DNA of 64,000 bases. Origin: a virus (taxonomy: Duplodnaviria > Caudoviricetes). The translations under genes were made by a program, and so were the position numbers. The stretch is from positions 3,317 to 67,316 of the IMG/VR virus record IMGVR_UViG_2811995017_000005; one strand, given 5' to 3'. Below, in pieces: positions 40,342 through 50,778 of this stretch (its first letter is position 1; the number at the start of each line of letters is the position of its first letter). Below the pieces are notes generated by a model. It saw only the letters and a program-made list of their open reading frames with translations, did not search any database and was not told the DNA's origin.

Positions 40342-42629
40342 TAAACCGCCTCCTTATTTTTGAACCATTCTTCCACGGGAACTCCTTCGCCCCATCTTCG
40401 CATTACTTCGATATCTGTTCCGTTAGGTACAACGTCTCCCCAACGATATGAATTAAGCATGATATCGCGAATGTCTTGCGCTTCCTCCCACGTAAAATCC
40501 TCCGGGACTTCGAATATCAATTCATCATGCACCGTTGACCACAACGCCCAGCCCGGCTTGTTAGCGCAATATTCATGAGCCTTAATCATCGTGACCTTCG
40601 TTTGTATAGACGACGATCCTTGTACCCGAGCATTGGTCGCCTGTCTCAAGGCGCGATTGATTCGCGAGTTATGTTTCCTTGCGTCCGCATATTCCGGATC
40701 ATTCCATTTTCCGTACGGAATGTTCTTGCGTGGTAATTTTGCGTCTGGCAGACGACGTTTTCGCGCTCTTAGGTCAGCCCAAACATAGCCGTTCTTCCGC
40801 ACAAATTCCTCGTTTTCTTTCAGCCAAGCCGATAACTTCGGCATACTTCCGAATAGCTCACCCTTGAACTTTGTCGCCTCTTTTTTATTAACGCCTAGCA
40901 TATCCGCAAGAGAATAGTCACTCATCCCATAAAGTGTCGCTAACCACACGACCTTCATTTGCTTACGCTCCTTAGTGTCTGAGCCATCGGCGTTTTTATA
41001 GACTTCCTCGTACGGACGCTTATAGAAGTTTGATGCCATCATAGCGTAAGGATCGCGCTCCTCTAAAAACGCGTTTATCAGTACCGGCTCTCCGGATAAA
41101 TAAGCCACACACCGAATCTCCTGCGCTTTAAAGTCGGCACCCAGCAACACTTTTCCGGGAGGAGGGCTAAACATCGGTCGGGCTTCTTGAGGCTGATTCT
41201 GTACGTTAAAGCCTTGATCTGTTTTATCCTCATCATCCTTGCCGGAGCTGAATCTTCCCGTTACGGTTCCCATCGGATTAAAGCGCGAATGCCAACGCTT
41301 AGTTGTCGGATTTTGCTTCAATGGCAGAGTTTCAATGTAGGTACCGGAGAGCTTCGTAATTTTCTTGTACTCCAACAACTTTGCAATGACTTCGTGGTCG
41401 CCTTTTAGCGGCTTTAATGTTTTCTTTGCGTCCATGTTCGGAAGCTCTTTGCCGATCACCTTCGAAAGTGCAGGGCGCATCTGTTGGGTTGAGTTTAAAT
41501 TTAACGGACCGTCGCCTTCATGGAACGGAGTCAGCTCCGTAACTAATTCCGACCGCAACTCTTCCGCACGCTTATGCAGTTTTTCTCCGTATTCCTTTGC
41601 GAAATCCAAGTCGAGGATATATCCGTTAGCTTCTAAGTCGACAATTACGTACAGCAATGGAATTTCAACGGTTTGGTAATACTCCAAAATCGTAGGCATT
41701 TTTTCCATGTGTTGACGTTGAAATTTGTACAGCTTCCACGTTAATTCCGTATCTTTAGCTGCGTAAACTAGCGCGATGTCTAATGGCACTTCTTTGAATT
41801 GCGCGTCCCGACCAAACAAAGCGTCGAACGTATCTGCCGGTGTTTTTAGATATTTTGGCGCCAAGTCTTTTAATTTAAATGATCCGGCACCGCCCAATGT
41901 GCGATCCTCTTCGTTTTCATTTAGCATGTGCATCGCAGTCATCGTATCCCAAACGACGCCTTTCAGATCGAATCCATGTCGGCGGACCATCGCAATATCG
42001 AATATCGCGTTGTGCAGGACTTTTCCGATCGACTCATCGTTAAATACCGGCGCCAATCCTTCAAGCACGTATTCGCGACTCAGTTGCTCGCAATCTACGT
42101 GATCAACCGGTATATAAACGTGCCAGTCAGCGCTCGGAAGCGTGAGCGAAAGCCCGACGATAACATCCGTATAAACATCAACGCCGGTCGTTTCGGTATC
42201 AACCGCGATAATTTTTTCGTTACTTAATGCCTCAATTAACGCCTGGAATCGGGCTTCAGTCGTAATTAACTCGTAGTTTTCCGGCGTATTCTCGACCATC
42301 TTCCGCAAGGTTTCTTCGCGCTGCGATTCTTGCAGCGTCTTCCATAATCGCATCGCTTCCGCTTTGCTGAACGCCTTCGGGTTTCCGGCCTTGTTTACGC
42401 AGTCAGACGGATTCCTGGCGAGCTTGCCCGCGTCCATTGCCGCCTTGACTTCGTTTAATCGTTGGCGGTCAGTTTCCGATAGCTTGCTTGCGAATATGCG
42501 GCGCCAGCTCTCCTCGATCGGTTCGGCCGTTTTTGCCTTCTTCTTCCGCTTGGCTGTTTCGGCAACTTTCTCGTTTTTAACTTCGCTATTAATAGCGCTA
42601 AGATTCAACCGCAGATTTCCGAGTTCCAT
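40341..42629 (-). CDS. polA: Family A DNA polymerase
   Basis: DTETTG, HNAIFD, TGRFSS, DFKAQEIR, TLYG, VHDE. Confidence 0.95.
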   Translation of the reverse strand: MELGNLRLNLSAINSEVKNEKVAETAKRKKKAKTAEPIEESWRRIFASKLSETDRQRLNEVKAAMDAGKLARNPSDCVNKAGNPKAFSKAEAMRLWKTLQESQREETLRKMVENTPENYELITTEARFQALIEALSNEKIIAVDTETTGVDVYTDVIVGLSLTLPSADWHVYIPVDHVDCEQLSREYVLEGLAPVFNDESIGKVLHNAIFDIAMVRRHGFDLKGVVWDTMTAMHMLNENEEDRTLGGAGSFKLKDLAPKYLKTPADTFDALFGRDAQFKEVPLDIALVYAAKDTELTWKLYKFQRQHMEKMPTILEYYQTVEIPLLYVIVDLEANGYILDLDFAKEYGEKLHKRAEELRSELVTELTPFHEGDGPLNLNSTQQMRPALSKVIGKELPNMDAKKTLKPLKGDHEVIAKLLEYKKITKLSGTYIETLPLKQNPTTKRWHSRFNPMGTVTGRFSSGKDDEDKTDQGFNVQNQPQEARPMFSPPPGKVLLGADFKAQEIRCVAYLSGEPVLINAFLEERDPYAMMASNFYKRPYEEVYKNADGSDTKERKQMKVVWLATLYGMSDYSLADMLGVNKKEATKFKGELFGSMPKLSAWLKENEEFVRKNGYVWADLRARKRRLPDAKLPRKNIPYGKWNDPEYADARKHNSRINRALRQATNARVQGSSSIQTKVTMIKAHEYCANKPGWALWSTVHDELIFEVPEDFTWEEAQDIRDIMLNSYRWGDVVPNGTDIEVMRRWGEGVPVEEWFKNKEAV

Positions 42630-42991
42630 TCGCATCCTCCTTTCTCACGTGATAGGTTCGGACTACTCCGAGATAAAATTTATGGCACCGAAAAATAACG
42701 CCATAGATACGTATAATCCAGCGAATAGCCATTCCGAATTGTATATAGCGATTACGGACAATGCAGAATTATAGATACCGAAGACATAAGCGATTGCCCT
42801 ATTCGACCTGCTCATAAATCGACCTCCTCCGTCCATTTCCGTCTGTATTCCGCCTCATTATCCGCGTACCAATCCGACCAGCAAGCGTCGTCGCAAAAGT
42901 ACCGGTCGAAGAGCGAATCGTATGTTGCGGATCGCCCTTCGTTCAAAATCCGGTTACATGCGGCGCAGATGGCGGCAGGTTTTGCGTCCAC

Positions 42992-44059
42992 TTACTCGTC
43001 GTCCTTTCGGTCGAACCGCGCTTCGGCCGGCGTAATGAGCTTTAGCCGATCGATAGGCACAGTATATCTCTTGACATAGCCGTAATTATCCAACGCCTCG
43101 ATTACTATAGCACGTTCGCTCCTTCTTCTAACGACCTCTCCGAACCCGCTAGTCTCGAACCAAACCGGATCATCATACGCAACAATATCGCCTTTTTTAT
43201 ACTCGCCAACCTCGCGTCCGATTGCGGCCCACCTCTTACGCTCTTCCTCTTCGGCCTGCTTTCGTTTTGCTTCGGCAACTTCTTCGTCAGTTGCGCGGAC
43301 GAGCTCTCGTTTCGGAACGTATTGCGTTTTACCGTCGATAATTCTACGGGCAAACTTGCTACTTATGGTACCTCTGTCTTCGCTGATCTCTACGATATCT
43401 TCATCGTTAAACGCGGCGTTAACCACCTTCGCATAATCACCGACTTTTAGCCGTTCAGGCTTCGGATCGGCCTCGGCGCTTGCGACGCTGACTTTGCGGT
43501 AGACTTCGAATACTTCGCCGTAGGTATCAAAACCGTCTCCTTCGTCATCAACGATGATCGGATCCCCGCAATCATCCACGCGATAAATCTCGTAATACTT
43601 CCCGGCGGTTAGATATCCGCATGGAGCTTCGTCAAACTTAACGTAATCGCCCGCTTTCGCCTCGCTCTTGGCAATCCGTACGTACTTCGGTACAGCTTCG
43701 ATTTTTAGCGCAGCGAAGTCGGATTTTAGTGCTTCGATATCCTTTTCGTTTGTGCTTACGCGATCTTCTAATGACGGTTGAGATGCGCTGACTTTGCGGA
43801 ATAGCACATAGCTTTCGTCATAGTTACTGTCAACCTCATCAATATCATCGACAATCATCGGATCTTTAGCGATAATTCCTACGGATAAATAAAACTCCCC
43901 TTTTGTAGCATCACACCAACTGCCGTCCGTAATTAGCACCAGATCACCTTTTTGCGCGCCGCCTTCCACACGCTCATACTCCGCGCCTTCATATGAAACC
44001 TTCGTAATTTCACCGTTCACCATATCGAGAGTCTTAACGCCTTCTAATTTCGCCATCAA
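42992..44059 (-). CDS. Repeat-module phage protein
   Basis: Several KxGDxV modules. Confidence 0.65.
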   Translation of the reverse strand: MMAKLEGVKTLDMVNGEITKVSYEGAEYERVEGGAQKGDLVLITDGSWCDATKGEFYLSVGIIAKDPMIVDDIDEVDSNYDESYVLFRKVSASQPSLEDRVSTNEKDIEALKSDFAALKIEAVPKYVRIAKSEAKAGDYVKFDEAPCGYLTAGKYYEIYRVDDCGDPIIVDDEGDGFDTYGEVFEVYRKVSVASAEADPKPERLKVGDYAKVVNAAFNDEDIVEISEDRGTISSKFARRIIDGKTQYVPKRELVRATDEEVAEAKRKQAEEEERKRWAAIGREVGEYKKGDIVAYDDPVWFETSGFGEVVRRRSERAIVIEALDNYGYVKRYTVPIDRLKLITPAEARFDRKDDE

Positions 44060-44487
44060 ACCGCCTCCGCTTCGTTATTTTCCGCAAAATCTTCCCGCAT
44101 GAAATTCAGATCCATTTCGACCCAACGCTTGCCTTCCCGTTCTGACGGCCCCCAATAGTCCGTAATGCCGCGGTTGTCGAACATCCAGACGCGAGGGAAA
44201 TCGCCCTCACCGATCAGCACGCCGATGAAGAAGTCGACGTCTTCTGGCGTATATGGCCGGCCGTCTCCTTTTCGGCCTTCTACCGTTAAGAAACCGCGAT
44301 CTTCTCTACGGTCCCGGATCGTCTTAACCTGGAACGTCTTCCATTCGCCTGTGCCCGGATCTCTTGCGCTGATATCGAACGGTTCTTCCGTCTCCGCTTT
44401 TGATACCGCCTGCCACCCGCTAGCCATTAAAGCTGCGCGGGCGATCAGTTCGGAATATTTGCCGATAGTTTCCTTGAGATGCGCCAT
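44056..44487 (-). CDS. PD-(D/E)XK endonuclease-like protein
   Basis: EPFDI...TFQVKT...Y...VDFF. Confidence 0.65.
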   Translation of the reverse strand: MAHLKETIGKYSELIARAALMASGWQAVSKAETEEPFDISARDPGTGEWKTFQVKTIRDRREDRGFLTVEGRKGDGRPYTPEDVDFFIGVLIGEGDFPRVWMFDNRGITDYWGPSEREGKRWVEMDLNFMREDFAENNEAEAV

Positions 44488-44664
44488 CACTTCGCCTCCA
44501 ATAACTTGTATAGTCTCGCCGTTTCTAAAAGTAGCGCGCCACATGTTACCTGAGTAATTCCTAAAACAAAATCACCCGAGATGATTCGTACGCCTGCTAA
44601 AACGAAAAATATTATCGCGAGAGCAATTCGAGATTGGTACATTCAAGCGTCCTCCTTCGTTTTA

Positions 44665-45444
44665 CTAAAACGGCAGATCTCCGTCGTTTATTTCTTCGTC
44701 ATCTTTTTCGTTAGTCGATCCGGCACCGAGGCTTTTTCCTATAAGGCTGATATCGAATCCTGCTGCGACTAGGTTTTCGATCTGCGTCTTCTCGTCAGCT
44801 TCGAACAGTAGGCCGTCGAACAACTTCATATCGAATTCTTTGCCGTCGTATTTGCTGAAGTTCTCGCGTTCCTTATCCGTCAGGTCTTCCTCCATATCGA
44901 TGAATGGCGTTAAGCTGACCGTCGTTGATGTGCCGGAACCTGTTTTCGAAAGCTCAAACGCAACCTTTCCGAGTTTCTTTTCGAACTTCGTGATAACTGC
45001 GTAAACGGCCTGCGCTTGCTTTTTCGAAAGGTCGATGATGATTGGATTACCTGTTTCTAAGTCGATGAATCCGAGTGCATAACGTTCTTTGACGCGATAC
45101 TTGGCGGCTTCTTCCTTGTACTTCTCTTCCGCTTTTGAGTCGCCCTTATCCGCAGCCGCCTTCTTTAAATCCTGATAATACTTCCAAGCGAGGTCCCACG
45201 GTGTGTAATCCGCAACCGGAAAGCCTTTATCGTTCATCTTGCTTGGTTTCTCCGCAACGAACGAGTTTACTTTCTTGTAGATACCGTAGCTGTAGAAACG
45301 AATAAGGTCTTCGGTACCGAGTACGCGAACCTTAAAGGAAGATCCCGACTTAAAGCTCGTAAATTCCATCCCGTTTCCGCTTCCGCCTTCGTTCGTTGAG
45401 TTTAAAGCGTTGAGCGCCGCCGCGCCTTTTTGAAATTGACTCAT
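44665..45444 (-). CDS. Single-stranded DNA-binding protein (phage type)
   Basis: Acidic tail ending DDGDLPF; position before polA. Confidence 0.75.
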   Translation of the reverse strand: MSQFQKGAAALNALNSTNEGGSGNGMEFTSFKSGSSFKVRVLGTEDLIRFYSYGIYKKVNSFVAEKPSKMNDKGFPVADYTPWDLAWKYYQDLKKAAADKGDSKAEEKYKEEAAKYRVKERYALGFIDLETGNPIIIDLSKKQAQAVYAVITKFEKKLGKVAFELSKTGSGTSTTVSLTPFIDMEEDLTDKERENFSKYDGKEFDMKLFDGLLFEADEKTQIENLVAAGFDISLIGKSLGAGSTNEKDDEEINDGDLPF

Positions 45445-45691
45445 TCGATTTCCCCCTACGTTTTAATTTTGAGGCTTTTCGCCCTCGCAAAATGCCGGTA
45501 TCTGCGTCCGAAACGGCGCCAGCGCGAAGCAGTAGCGACGCGACTCTCTTACTTAACGGACACCCCGACATTCTCCGAGCGCCGGGCCGCACATTCGCCG
45601 CCCTCATTCGCTCTCTTCGCGATTAACTTCGTAAATAAGTCCGCCAATTACAAGCGCTGCAATGACGCCGACAATTTCGAAAACCCATACG

Positions 45692-46216
45692 TCAGACATA
45701 GGCGGCGACTCCTCTCGCTGTACGCGTCAGTTCGCGTCTTATTTCGTGCGATTCCGCCGGCAATTCATCCATACGCATGCGCACCGCATTAATTCGGGCC
45801 TGCAACGCCAATTTAGTTGATAATGACCGGGCGCGAGACAAACGGTCTTCCAAATGTGCGATTTCTTCTTCGAGTTCATCGCGAAACTTATCGATCCTAG
45901 CCACCTCTTCCGTAATTTGTTGCGACATTTTCGTAATTTCTTCCGTAATGAAATTCGTCACTTTACGCCGGATTCGATTGATGTAGCTTTTACTCGGTGG
46001 AATTACGGTTTTAACAACGTCTTTATCTACCGCAAGCATGAACGTTGCTCCACGATGGGAATACATCCGAGCATCTTCTCCGTTGTCGTCCGGACCGATG
46101 CCGCAGTAAATCGCATTAGATAACATCTGCGACGCCCATGCTTCCGGCGTTTGGTTGCCGATCTTAAAGCGCCCGGTAATTCGTTTCTTTGCGTGGTGAG
46201 ATAGCGTGACTTTCAT
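45692..46216 (-). CDS. Hypothetical protein (SHHAKKR N-term, coiled coil)
   Basis: LSHHAKKRI motif resembles DUF4258/RelE-like fold. Confidence 0.5.
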   Translation of the reverse strand: MKVTLSHHAKKRITGRFKIGNQTPEAWASQMLSNAIYCGIGPDDNGEDARMYSHRGATFMLAVDKDVVKTVIPPSKSYINRIRRKVTNFITEEITKMSQQITEEVARIDKFRDELEEEIAHLEDRLSRARSLSTKLALQARINAVRMRMDELPAESHEIRRELTRTARGVAAYV

Positions 46217-46506
46217 CCGACCCACACCGCCTGGATCGAAAGTGGACGGTAGTAGTCCGCCGGATCTTCGTCGACCGGCCATGCGCCTTGATATAAAATT
46301 TCGGTAAGTTTGCGCGGATCTAGCGCAGGATACGTATTGGAATCGGTAATTTTGGGGATATTCATAGTATGTTCGCCTCCATATTATTTAGGTAAAACGC
46401 ACTAGATCGGAAGGTGTGTTCGCATTCTGTTCGCTTGTCTTTTGACAACAGATTAGATATGATAATGGTGTAACGAGTGCCTTCCGGGCTAGTTACGTAT
46501 AGAAAA

Positions 46507-47034
46507 TTACGCTGTTAATTGGGATTGGCAGTGTGCCCTGAACCGTTGGATGAACTTACGGTGAGACTCGGGATTTCCTCCAAATCGCTTCGCCAAAAGC
46601 GATGAAATTTCCGAATCGTTTGTGCATCCTCGGTTCCAAATTGCCAATATCGTTTTTTTTCGTGGGTCGTCCTGCGCCAACAGGGCGATCTTTTCTTTTA
46701 ATAAAACCTCGCCTACGACGTTCGCCGAAACGTCTTCAGGTTCCCATACGGTTTCTTCTTCGTTTATCGCCTCAATCGATAGTTCTTTTCGAGATCGTCG
46801 ATTCCTAAGAACTCTTGCCTTGACTTGTCGAATTGTCTTTTGAATGAGTGCTTTCTTCTCTCTCCCATTCTCTAGGTACCTCTCTAACGCGTATCCTATA
46901 GCTTGGTAACACTCTTGTTCAAATGATGTGAAGTCGGGTATCAAGTGTGCGATCCGATTCGATTCTCTAAGCACGTAGGGAATCGCCCCACTTTCAGCTG
47001 CTATCCTCATTCTATTAATTTTTTGATTTTCCAA
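46507..47034 (-). CDS. Phage sigma-factor-like protein (group 4 size)
   Basis: Region-2-like FEQECYQAIGYALERY, LSIE linker, C-terminal HTH-like region. Confidence 0.6.
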   Translation of the reverse strand: MENQKINRMRIAAESGAIPYVLRESNRIAHLIPDFTSFEQECYQAIGYALERYLENGREKKALIQKTIRQVKARVLRNRRSRKELSIEAINEEETVWEPEDVSANVVGEVLLKEKIALLAQDDPRKKTILAIWNRGCTNDSEISSLLAKRFGGNPESHRKFIQRFRAHCQSQLTA

Positions 47035-47151
47035 ATTTCCAACCCCTTTCGCCCTACACTTATATAATGGGTAGGTAACACATAATATTGGGACACCATT
47101 TCTGAAATTTTTTCTTGTCTTTATTTTTTTTGCTAATTATTTAGCTTTTTG

Positions 47152-47341
47152 TTGACATAAATTAAAGAATATTGTAGAGTATAGACATATCTAAATAAAC
47201 CCTACAAAAACAGCCTGAAACGTTGGGGGACGTAGCTTAAGGCTTTAATTTGTAGTGTCTAAGAAGCTGAATAAATAGCTTATGAACACAGTTTATTAAA
47301 GATTTCTTTAAATGTCAACTTGTTTTTTAAAGATTTCTTTA
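47152..47341. promoter_or_regulatory. Genetic switch: convergent sigma-A promoters and two operators
   Basis: Rightward TTGACA-17-TAGAGT (47152-47180); leftward TTGACA-17-TAAACT (47318-47290); TAAAGATTTCTTTA at 47297 and 47328. Confidence 0.75.
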
Positions 47342-47374
47342 GTTTGTTTTCATGAGCCATTAAGGATGGTTGAT

Positions 47375-47704
47375 ATGATTACGTTTGAAAGAGTTAAAAA
47401 ACTTTGTAAAGATCGAGGCATAAGCCTCTCAAGACTAGAAGAAAATGTAGGATTCGGAAAAAACTCTATTTATTCATGGAAGCAGAATAACCCTTCGAGT
47501 GACAAACTCAAAAAAGTAGCCGACTACTTCAATGTATCTGTTGACTACCTACTTGGCCGTACCGATGATCCGAAAATACAAGGCCAATACGACATAGATA
47601 CTATAGCCGCTCATCACGATGGTGAAGATTGGACAGAAGAAGAGTTAAGGGAGATCGAACGTTTCAAAGAGTTTGTCCGCTTAAAAAGAAAACAACAGGA
47701 GTAG
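47375..47704 (+). CDS. ImmR/CI-like XRE repressor
   Basis: ISLSRLEENVGF...KVADYFNVSVDYLLGR; IAAHHDGE. Confidence 0.9.
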   Translation: MITFERVKKLCKDRGISLSRLEENVGFGKNSIYSWKQNNPSSDKLKKVADYFNVSVDYLLGRTDDPKIQGQYDIDTIAAHHDGEDWTEEELREIERFKEFVRLKRKQQE

Positions 47705-47709
47705 TTGAG

Positions 47710-48177
47710 ATGTACGAAACATTACTTTCGGAGGCTACTCACCTTGGTATAGACACCTATGAAAAACAAATGCCTCATAGACTCAAGGGATTGTACTCAA
47801 AAAATGTTATTTTGATTAATAAAAACATGGAAACCTCTTATGAAAAAACTTGTATACTTGCCGAAGAACTTGGTCATTATTATACATCGAGTGGGGATAT
47901 AGTTGATCAAGATACAATTGAAAAGCGAAGACAAGAAAAAATTGCGAGAACGTGGGCTTACGAAAAGCTAGTACCTTTGTCCAAAATTGTTCAAGCCCAC
48001 AAAGAAGCTATAAAAAATAGGTATGAGCTTGCTCAGTACCTTGAGATTACAGAAGAATTTTTAGATGACGCCATTAAGCGCTATAAAGAAAAATACGGTG
48101 CTACTGTTAACTATGGTGGATACACCATTTGTTTTGAACCACTTGGTGTAATAGAGTGGTTTGACAATTCTTTTTAA
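47710..48177 (+). CDS. ImmA/IrrE-family metallopeptidase antirepressor
   Basis: LKGLY...CILAEELGHY...QEKIARTWA. Confidence 0.9.
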   Translation: MYETLLSEATHLGIDTYEKQMPHRLKGLYSKNVILINKNMETSYEKTCILAEELGHYYTSSGDIVDQDTIEKRRQEKIARTWAYEKLVPLSKIVQAHKEAIKNRYELAQYLEITEEFLDDAIKRYKEKYGATVNYGGYTICFEPLGVIEWFDNSF

Positions 48178-48271
48178 CCTAAAAATCGAACATACATTCT
48201 TTTTAAGGAGGTATGGACGACCTGTACGAATGGATCGTCGAGGAATAACCGGTAGTCGGTCGTTGACGGGA

Positions 48272-49285
48272 TTAAGTGTCGCCCGTCAACGAAAAACTTA
48301 CCCGTTTAGGTATCTTCAGACGCCAGCTCTTAACGTCCTCCGCACGCTCATACACCGCCTTCAACTCCGCTCTCCCCTTCGCAATCAATAGTTCGTTCGC
48401 ATCCTTTCCCTCCGTAATATATCCGTGTGCCAGTCCGACTTTCCCGTATAAATAACGCTCGACCTCCGCCCGCAACTTCTCGCCGGCCTTATCGTTATCC
48501 GTCACGATGGTTACGTGTTCGATCGGAGACTGAACGATAATGTCCGCTTTCCGTTGGTTGAACGAAGACCCTCCGGTCCCGATCGCCGGCACTCCCGCTG
48601 TCATCCACGATTGCGCATCGATCTCCGCTTCGCATAAGACAACGCGTGTCAGCCGCCGGTCATACACGACGTTCATTCCGTAAACGAGATCCCGTATCGG
48701 CCAGCCGCCTTTGACGTACCAGAACGCCTTACCCCACGTCGATCGGTACTTTACGTTAGCGAGCCGCCCGTTCGGCAACCGCCAGGGTAGCGCAACCGCA
48801 CTACCAGCCATACCGACGCCCATTAGACGCTGGACAGCCGGCATGATTCCGCGCTTGTTTAAATAATCGTTAGGCCCCGCAACCACGCCGCCGAGAATCG
48901 ATTCGCTTAGAGGTTCGCGATTCTTTGCGATCTTCAGCTTCGGCGGCCTGAGCGTTAATTTACTGCCTTCCGATTCCGGCGCATACGCATCGATTAGGTA
49001 TTCGACCGTCTCTTCCTCGGTTTCTTCGCGCAAGAAGGCGAGCAGCTTAACGAAGCCACCCCGCGCATACTCTGCGTCATAATAGCCGCTATCGCCCCAA
49101 TAGCCGGCCTTCGCGGTCGCCGTGTCTTCGAGGTATACGTAAAAGCTCGGCGTTCGGTCATATCGGAAAGGACTTGCGGCCAGCAAGCGCTCATCCGTCC
49201 AGGTCGGCCGCGTCCAATCGAACTGTTCGAGCTCATAACGTATGTCGACGTCGACCGGGCGCCCGTTTAACGTCAATGTTGGCAC
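48272..49285 (-). CDS. DNA primase (TOPRIM)
   Basis: SPFRYDRTPSF, LCEAEIDA, TDNDKAG, KDANE. Confidence 0.9.
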   Translation of the reverse strand: MPTLTLNGRPVDVDIRYELEQFDWTRPTWTDERLLAASPFRYDRTPSFYVYLEDTATAKAGYWGDSGYYDAEYARGGFVKLLAFLREETEEETVEYLIDAYAPESEGSKLTLRPPKLKIAKNREPLSESILGGVVAGPNDYLNKRGIMPAVQRLMGVGMAGSAVALPWRLPNGRLANVKYRSTWGKAFWYVKGGWPIRDLVYGMNVVYDRRLTRVVLCEAEIDAQSWMTAGVPAIGTGGSSFNQRKADIIVQSPIEHVTIVTDNDKAGEKLRAEVERYLYGKVGLAHGYITEGKDANELLIAKGRAELKAVYERAEDVKSWRLKIPKRVSFSLTGDT

Positions 49286-49419
49286 TTTCGTCTCACTCCT
49301 TTCGAACTAAAAAGCCGGATTGTTCTATATATTACGTCCTAATTTTTAAAAAATCCTTCGGAATTTGTCGAAAGAACCGCGGTAAATGTTGACAATTTTA
49401 TCCGATAAATTCCATCTCC

Positions 49420-50778
49420 TTAGAAATCGAACTGATCCGCTGAACCTTCGGACCCCCCTAGCTGCTTAACAACGCCGAACTGCGGCAGATAAACGATCTC
49501 AGCGCTCTTTCCTTCGCCACCATCCCGGCCTTTGTTCAGACCGATCAGGCCTCGACCTTCCTCCGCGTTCGTATCCACCGCAATCAATAGCGCAGCATCT
49601 TCGAGTAGGGCCTTCGTTTTCTTGACGTCCTTACGCTGCGGCAACTTTAATTCGGAATCAGCGTCTTTCCCTTCGCCTTCTTCCGCTTGCGTCAACGCAA
49701 AGACAGTCGTTTTTGTTTGGCCGGCCAGACGTCGGAGTTTCTTCGAAGTCTCGGCCGCGTCTCCACCCGCTGTCTTTGACGTGTTCTTTTCGTAATCGAG
49801 ATAGTAAAAAGGGTCGAGTAGCACGACGTCAGCTTTCGTTTCGAGGATATCCGCCTTCAGGTCGCGCAGTTTCCGAGAGTCGAAGTCCTCATCGTCTACC
49901 GCGCGGACAATGATGTTACCCGGAATCAATTCGTTCATCTTATCGAGGAACTCCATAAATCCGGACTCAAATTCATCGTCCAGTTTTCCTTGGCGAACAT
50001 CGCGCGAGTTAAATCCGGCCTCAATATCTACGCCGTCAAGAGTAGCCTTTGCGACACCAACGCTCGCTGAAATGGAAACGTAGAGCCGGACAAGAACCTC
50101 GTACCATCCCATCTCCATCGACCAGATTAGTACGTTCGCCCCCTGCATCGCGCAATTAATCGCTTCCTCCAACGCTATGGCCGATTTTCCCCGACCGGAC
50201 TTCCCATAAATAACGTATACGTTCGACGAAACATAGCCGCCCATCGCCCGGTTTATGAAGTCGAATTTACTGCGCCAGATCCGGAATGACTCGCCAGCCT
50301 TGCGGTTTTCGTATTCGGCTTTAAATTTATCGATATCTCGTTTTATATCGATACCAACCGTATCACGAACGTTTGTTCTTATTCTAAACCTTTCGGCCTG
50401 CTCCGTCAACCACGAAAAAAATTCTTCCGGGTTATCTTGCGCGCTCTCCCACCGTTTCATAAATTCGGATTCTCCGCCTTCCTTACCGTTAACAATTTCG
50501 GAAAAGGCACGCAAAGCCGCTTGATTACGCAGTTTCTCCGCAAGGTACTCGTAGCTGGCCTCGATATTAAAATCCGGCTCGAAGTCCGGCACCTCATGTG
50601 CAAGCATCTCGGCAGTCGGCGCCTGACCTCCGTGTTTCTCCGCGTATTCCGTGATATATCGTAGTGCCTTGCGTTCGCCTTCCGTCGGCAGATCCTCGGC
50701 GGTAATATTAAAGCGCAACAACGCGTTCGGATCATTCTGTTCGATCACTTTCGATAGCATTAAAACACCGTAGTTCAT
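49420..50778 (-). CDS. DnaB-like replicative helicase
   Basis: GKSGRGKS, WSMEM, LLDPFY, LTQ, KGRDG. Confidence 0.92.
   Translation of the reverse strand: MNYGVLMLSKVIEQNDPNALLRFNITAEDLPTEGERKALRYITEYAEKHGGQAPTAEMLAHEVPDFEPDFNIEASYEYLAEKLRNQAALRAFSEIVNGKEGGESEFMKRWESAQDNPEEFFSWLTEQAERFRIRTNVRDTVGIDIKRDIDKFKAEYENRKAGESFRIWRSKFDFINRAMGGYVSSNVYVIYGKSGRGKSAIALEEAINCAMQGANVLIWSMEMGWYEVLVRLYVSISASVGVAKATLDGVDIEAGFNSRDVRQGKLDDEFESGFMEFLDKMNELIPGNIIVRAVDDEDFDSRKLRDLKADILETKADVVLLDPFYYLDYEKNTSKTAGGDAAETSKKLRRLAGQTKTTVFALTQAEEGEGKDADSELKLPQRKDVKKTKALLEDAALLIAVDTNAEEGRGLIGLNKGRDGGEGKSAEIVYLPQFGVVKQLGGSEGSADQFDF
50366..50409 (-). promoter_or_regulatory. Intragenic sigma-A promoter with LexA (Cheo) box over +1
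   Basis: TTGACG(50409-04)-17-TAGAAT(50386-81)-A-AGAACAAACGTTCG. Confidence 0.75.

Noticed and set aside
46507-48177. Arbitrium (aimR-aimP) system
   Set aside because: No ~380-aa TPR receptor or signal-peptide-bearing aimP; the switch is ImmR/ImmA type
48204-48249. SD plus mini-ORF MDDLYEWIVEE after a LexA-like box
   Set aside because: SD-ATG spacing is 1 nt; likely a remnant of a deleted HTH gene
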